Shown here in pieces: positions 45,469 through 49,429 of a stretch of DNA of 49,429 bases. Made by a program: the position numbers and the translations under genes. The stretch is from Acidobacteriota bacterium (GTDB taxonomy: Bacteria > Acidobacteriota > Thermoanaerobaculia > Thermoanaerobaculales > Sulfomarinibacteraceae), in NCBI GenBank assembly GCA_033791425.1, contig JASJGQ010000356.1:1-49429 (forward strand), given 5' to 3'. The notes under the pieces were generated by a model that did no database searches, was not told the origin of the DNA, and was given only the letters and a program-made list of their open reading frames with translations. The stretch's first letter is position 1. The number at the start of each line of letters is the position of its first letter.

Positions 45469-46248
45469 ATGAAATTTCGGGTTCTCGGCAGCTTCGGGGG
45501 CGACAGCCCGGAGTGCAGGATGACGTCTTTCCTGATTGACGACACGGTGGCAATCGACGCCGGCGCCATCACTCGAGCTTTGTCTATCGAAGAACAACGG
45601 CGACTTCGGCACGTCGTCATCACCCACACCCACATGGATCACACCAGCACGCTGCCGTTTCTGATCGAGAACTCCTTTGGCTCGAGTGAAGAGCCGGTAT
45701 CCGTCTATTGTTCGAAGAGAGGCCTCGCCGGGGTCCGCAGACACCTCTTCAACAATGACACCTGGCCGGACTTCACCCGAATCCCCAACCACATGTACCC
45801 GTCGGTCCGGTTTCAGGAGATCGAGATCGAGCAACCATTCGTCATCCGGGGGCTGCCGTCAGGCGATCTCGAAATCACGGCGATTCAAGTCAACCACATC
45901 GTGCCAACCACCGGCCTGGTGATTCGGCAGGGTTCGTCGAGCATTATCTTCACGTCGGACACCGGTCCCACGGAGAGGATCTGGGAGGTCGCGAACGAAA
46001 CCGAGGATCTCGCGGCGATCATCACCGAGTGTTCCTTTCCAAACAACCTCCAGGCGGTGGCCGATGTCAGTCTGCATCTGACCCCGGCGTCTCTCGGCGT
46101 GGAGCTGGCAAAGATTCACTGCGCCGCGCCGATTTTTCTCTACCATTTCAAACCGCCCTATCTGGACGAGCTGCGCAAAGAAATCGCGGAGATGGATCTC
46201 CCCCACCCCGTCGTCGAACTCGTTCAGGACCACGTGTACGAGTTCTGA
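45469..46248 (+). CDS. MBL-fold hydrolase resembling class II 3',5'-cyclic-nucleotide phosphodiesterases
   Basis: MKFRVLGSFGG..TSFLID..VAIDAGA...VVITHTHMDHTSTLPFLIEN (HxHxDH). The layout is as in CpdP/PDE1-type class II phosphodiesterases. No SD. TATACT lies 6 nt upstream of the ATG. Confidence 0.6.
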   Translation: MKFRVLGSFGGDSPECRMTSFLIDDTVAIDAGAITRALSIEEQRRLRHVVITHTHMDHTSTLPFLIENSFGSSEEPVSVYCSKRGLAGVRRHLFNNDTWPDFTRIPNHMYPSVRFQEIEIEQPFVIRGLPSGDLEITAIQVNHIVPTTGLVIRQGSSSIIFTSDTGPTERIWEVANETEDLAAIITECSFPNNLQAVADVSLHLTPASLGVELAKIHCAAPIFLYHFKPPYLDELRKEIAEMDLPHPVVELVQDHVYEF

Positions 46249-46258
46249 GGTCGCCGCG

Positions 46259-47197
46259 TCAACCCAGCGCGACGAGATCGGACCGGAGATCGAATGCCAG
46301 GCGTTCGCGCATCCCCGGGCGGAGGGGGTCGATCACGGGGTGCAGATTCGCCGTCAATGACAACATCGTCTTCCTTCGGCGCATCGAAAACCCGGTGATC
46401 GGATACTCGCCCTCCTCCAACATCAGGGTCCAACCGTCGTCCCGATCTTCGATCTGAAAAACCGGTTTCATCCCGCTCGCAGCGTGAACAACGATGCCGG
46501 CGCCCTGACGCTCGGTCCGTTCGACATCGGCACGCGCGCGCAGGTACCGTTCCGGATCGGACCAGCCCTGGTCCAGATCGAGCGCTGCGGCGCGGTTGAC
46601 CGTGATCGTAGCCGGCGCGTCCGATGGACCCCAGGCGAGGCCATCGAGGACTCCGGGCTCGACCCTCCGGCCACGCACCAGGTGTCGCTCCAGCAGGGCT
46701 CGGTCGGTCGGCACCTCGAGCAGGGCAAAGAGATCCTCGACTTCCAGGATCCCCTGACTCAAGGTGTACCGTTCACTGTCGCCGAACCACAACAGGTCGA
46801 ACTGCCGGCCCGGTGCTGGTTCGGCGGTTGCGGCCGCGAGAAAAAGCTCTTCCTTGCCCGCCGCCTCCCGAAACACGGCGCCGTCACGCCGAGAATAGGC
46901 GGCATCGACACCCTCACCGACGGAACCGGTGAGAGCGAGAGGAGCGGCCGGGGCCATGAGCCAGTCGTCGTTACCGAGGACGGGCCACTCACCGCCGAAG
47001 GCGCGCCCAGGCGCAATCGTTGCACCTGTCAGGTCGGCGAGGTACCGCGCGCATTCTTTGGCGCCCCGAAACCAGCCGCGGGCGGCGGCTTGTGCCGGAT
47101 CGCTCTCTCCGTCGTTCTCGGCACACCACCGAAGGGGAAAGCGGGCAATCGCAGCAACCGCGTCGAGCGTGCCCTCGGCCGGCGATGATTGGCTCAA
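46259..47197 (-). CDS. Hypothetical protein, 312 aa
   Basis: Long ORF with coding-like GC3. ATGA-type 4-nt overlap with the upstream crotonase-family gene. No motif recognised. Confidence 0.65.
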   Translation of the reverse strand: MSQSSPAEGTLDAVAAIARFPLRWCAENDGESDPAQAAARGWFRGAKECARYLADLTGATIAPGRAFGGEWPVLGNDDWLMAPAAPLALTGSVGEGVDAAYSRRDGAVFREAAGKEELFLAAATAEPAPGRQFDLLWFGDSERYTLSQGILEVEDLFALLEVPTDRALLERHLVRGRRVEPGVLDGLAWGPSDAPATITVNRAAALDLDQGWSDPERYLRARADVERTERQGAGIVVHAASGMKPVFQIEDRDDGWTLMLEEGEYPITGFSMRRRKTMLSLTANLHPVIDPLRPGMRERLAFDLRSDLVALG

Positions 47198-47955
47198 TTG
47201 CTGAGACGAGTCGAAACGCCGGTGATTCGTTCGTGGGCCTCAGTCTCGAACCAACACTCGAGAAAGGCCTCATCCTCGGTCGGCGCGGACTGGCTCATCT
47301 GGGCCCACACGGCCGACAGCAGCATGCGTTTGGTCTCGACAAACGCCCGCCGGGGCCGACCTGCGAGCCGTGCCATTTCGTGCGCCGTCACCGCCGTCAA
47401 CTCCTCGACCGGGGCGACACGGTGGATCAGCCCTAGCTCACGCGCGCTGTCAGCGGTGCAGCCCTCTCCGCCAAAGACCAGATCATCGACGGCAGGCGAA
47501 CTCAGACGCGACCTCAACATACGCAGGCTGTGGCCCGGGACCGGCACACCGAGATTAAGCTCCGACAGACCCAGCCTGGGCCTTCCGGCAGCCATGACCC
47601 GCAAATCACAGGCGATCGTCAGCAGGCACCCGGCGCCCACGGCGTGGCCACCGATCTCGGCGGCGGTCGGTCCCGGGTAGGAAAAGAGCTCCAAAACGAG
47701 CGCGTTGAACTCCGTGAGGAACTCTCCGACATCGTCTCGCGGGGCGTCCGCCAACAGTTTGAGATCCCAGCCCGGACAGAACAGCGACGGGTGGGCGGAG
47801 GTCAGAATCACCGCGGGGCCTCCTTCATCGGCGAGGCGCCGCAGTTCGGTCCGCAACGCGGTCATGAGAGGCCGATCCAGGGCGTTGGACCCGTGGTTCA
47901 TGGTGAGCCGGTGGACACCCTTGGTTTCTTCGTGCTGTAGAAGCGTTTCAGCCAT
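47194..47955 (-). CDS. Enoyl-CoA hydratase/isomerase (crotonase) family protein
   Basis: VHRLTMNHGSNALDRPL, VILTSAHPSLFCPGWDLK, AAEIGGHAVGAGCLLTIACDLRV. Start moved to ATG 47955 behind GGGGAGGA, since ORF-track GTG 47970 would consume that SD. 8-nt overlap with pdxT. Confidence 0.8.
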   Translation of the reverse strand: MAETLLQHEETKGVHRLTMNHGSNALDRPLMTALRTELRRLADEGGPAVILTSAHPSLFCPGWDLKLLADAPRDDVGEFLTEFNALVLELFSYPGPTAAEIGGHAVGAGCLLTIACDLRVMAAGRPRLGLSELNLGVPVPGHSLRMLRSRLSSPAVDDLVFGGEGCTADSARELGLIHRVAPVEELTAVTAHEMARLAGRPRRAFVETKRMLLSAVWAQMSQSAPTEDEAFLECWFETEAHERITGVSTRLSN

Positions 47956-48532
47956 CTCGATCCTCCCCACTCCGCAGAAAGAGCTCGTGGATTCTCAGGT
48001 CTCTGGTGAGCTCGGGGTGAAAGGTAACTCCAAAAATGTTTCCCTGCCGGACCACCACAGGATCGTCGCGCCAAAGGGCCAATACGTCCACCCCCGACCC
48101 GGCCTTGACGATTCGTGGCGCTCGGATAAATACGGCTTCCATGGATGACGGCGGTCCAAGGGGCGGTCTGACTTCGACCTCCTCAACCGATGAGAATACC
48201 TGCCGCCCATACGCGTTTCTGACGACGTCGACCGAGAGCACACCGAGGCTTGTCTGCTCGGGCTCCACTCTCTCGGCAAGGAGTACCACTCCGGCGCAGG
48301 TGGCGAGGACTGCCATACCGGCAGCTATGCGCTCGCCAATCCGACTCGCTAGGTCCCCGCCCTCCATCAGACGGAGCATGGCTGAGCTTTCGCCGCCGGG
48401 CAATACCAGGCGGTCGACCAGATCAAGATCGGCCGCCGTCCTGACCGGGCGGTTCTCGCAGCCAAGGGTGTCGAGGACCACACCGTGGGCATGCCAATCG
48501 CCCTGCAGGGCCAAAACCCCACAGGCGGCCAT
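47948..48532 (-). CDS. pdxT: Pyridoxal 5'-phosphate synthase glutaminase subunit PdxT
   Basis: GVLALQGDWHAH, LVLPGGESSAM, ATCAGVVLL (nucleophile Cys), VTFHPELT. Confidence 0.92.
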   Translation of the reverse strand: MAACGVLALQGDWHAHGVVLDTLGCENRPVRTAADLDLVDRLVLPGGESSAMLRLMEGGDLASRIGERIAAGMAVLATCAGVVLLAERVEPEQTSLGVLSVDVVRNAYGRQVFSSVEEVEVRPPLGPPSSMEAVFIRAPRIVKAGSGVDVLALWRDDPVVVRQGNIFGVTFHPELTRDLRIHELFLRSGEDRDG

Positions 48533-48535
48533 CGT

Positions 48536-49423
48536 CTACCATCCCCTGCGCGACAGCATCTCCTCAGGCGTCAGTTTCCCGGCCTCGAGGCCTGGCATCG
48601 CTTCACCGAGGCCGCGGGAAATCTCCACCAACCGCGCCGGATCTTGCCAGTGTGTGACCGCCGCGACAATGGCGCTGCCCCGACGCTCCGGATCATCGGC
48701 CTTAAAGATCCCCGAACCCACAAAGACGGACTCGGCCCCCAGCATCATGCACAGAGCCGCGTCGGCTGGCGTCGCGATGCCACCGGCGGCAAAGTTCGGA
48801 ACCGGCAGACGCCCATTCTCGGCCACCCACCGGACAAGCTCGTACGGCGCGCCGTGTTCTTTGGCAGCCGTCATCAGCTCGTCCTCGGTCAGTATCCCAA
48901 GCGTCTTGATGCCTCGCCTGACGGCCCTGAGATGGCGCACTCCTTCGACGATATCGCCCGATCCGGCCTCACCCTTGGTGCGAATCATCGCCGCGCCCTC
49001 GCCGATCCGACGCAGCGCCTCGCCAAGGTTGCGGCAACCGCAGACGAACGGTACTTTGAAGGAGTGTTTTGAAATGTGGTTTTCCTCGTCGGCCGGGGTG
49101 AGAACTTCACTCTCGTCAATAAAATCAACCTCGAGGGCCTCGAGAATCCTGGCCTCGGCCATATGGCCGATTCGCACCTTGGCCATCACCGGGATGGAGA
49201 CTGCCTTTTGAATTTCCTCGATCATGTCGATCGACGACATGCGCGCCACGCCGCCCTGCACACGAATATCAGCCGGTACTCTTTCGAGCGCCATGACCGC
49301 AGCCGCACCCGAATCTTCCGCGATCTTCGCCTGCCCGACATTGGTGACGTCCATGATGACGCCGCCCTTGAGCATCTCCGCCAGGCCCACCTTGACGCGG
49401 AACTGGTCATCCAAAAACTGCAT
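48536..49423 (-). CDS. pdxS: Pyridoxal 5'-phosphate synthase lyase subunit PdxS
   Basis: [93 protein letters not shown]. Confidence 0.95.
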   Translation of the reverse strand: MQFLDDQFRVKVGLAEMLKGGVIMDVTNVGQAKIAEDSGAAAVMALERVPADIRVQGGVARMSSIDMIEEIQKAVSIPVMAKVRIGHMAEARILEALEVDFIDESEVLTPADEENHISKHSFKVPFVCGCRNLGEALRRIGEGAAMIRTKGEAGSGDIVEGVRHLRAVRRGIKTLGILTEDELMTAAKEHGAPYELVRWVAENGRLPVPNFAAGGIATPADAALCMMLGAESVFVGSGIFKADDPERRGSAIVAAVTHWQDPARLVEISRGLGEAMPGLEAGKLTPEEMLSRRGW

Positions 49424-49429
49424 GCTTTT

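Overview
Visibly GC-rich bacterial chromosomal segment with strong GC3 bias and many long antisense shadow ORFs. The host is a diderm (LptD, TonB-type C-terminal domain, MltG). MglA/MglB, TrmFO, PdxS/PdxT and separate GlnRS and GluRS give an Acidobacteriota/Myxococcota-like flavour, but lineage cannot be fixed from this window. I call 43 protein-coding genes (hslU truncated by the left edge), one internally deleted SDR remnant and 4 tRNAs (Glu-CUC, Leu-GAG, Ser-GCU, Ser-UGA). I also call a few hairpin terminators, a few sigma70-like promoter candidates and three kinds of non-coding repeat. Content is mostly housekeeping: hslVU, UvrD/PcrA helicase, glmS, tal, recR, dnaX, gap-pgk-tpiA-secG, glnS, gltX, lptD, ruvX, mltG, hup, uvrA, smpB, xerC, trmFO, dprA and pdxST. 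Many ORF-track starts had to be trimmed, and GTGA/ATGA start-stop overlaps are common. I found no CRISPR array, transposase, phage integrase, reverse transcriptase, toxin-antitoxin pair or recognisable defence gene, so I cannot point to a clear-cut novel system. The best candidates for a second look are five. (1) A tightly coupled EIIA(Ntr)-like + PII-like + two tandem CPA2 antiporter string (11863-15165). (2) A pseudokinase-TM-coiled-coil-TonB_C fusion protein (27184-29088). (3) A perfect 34-bp inverted repeat plus a ~130-nt tandem duplication abutting the 3' end of tRNA-Glu (15808-16095). (4) Opposed arrays of a 7-nt AGGAAT-core repeat between glmS and the helicase gene, recurring at the glnS stop codon. 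(5) An in-frame internally deleted SDR gene. All functional interpretations are inference from motifs read by eye. No database search was run.
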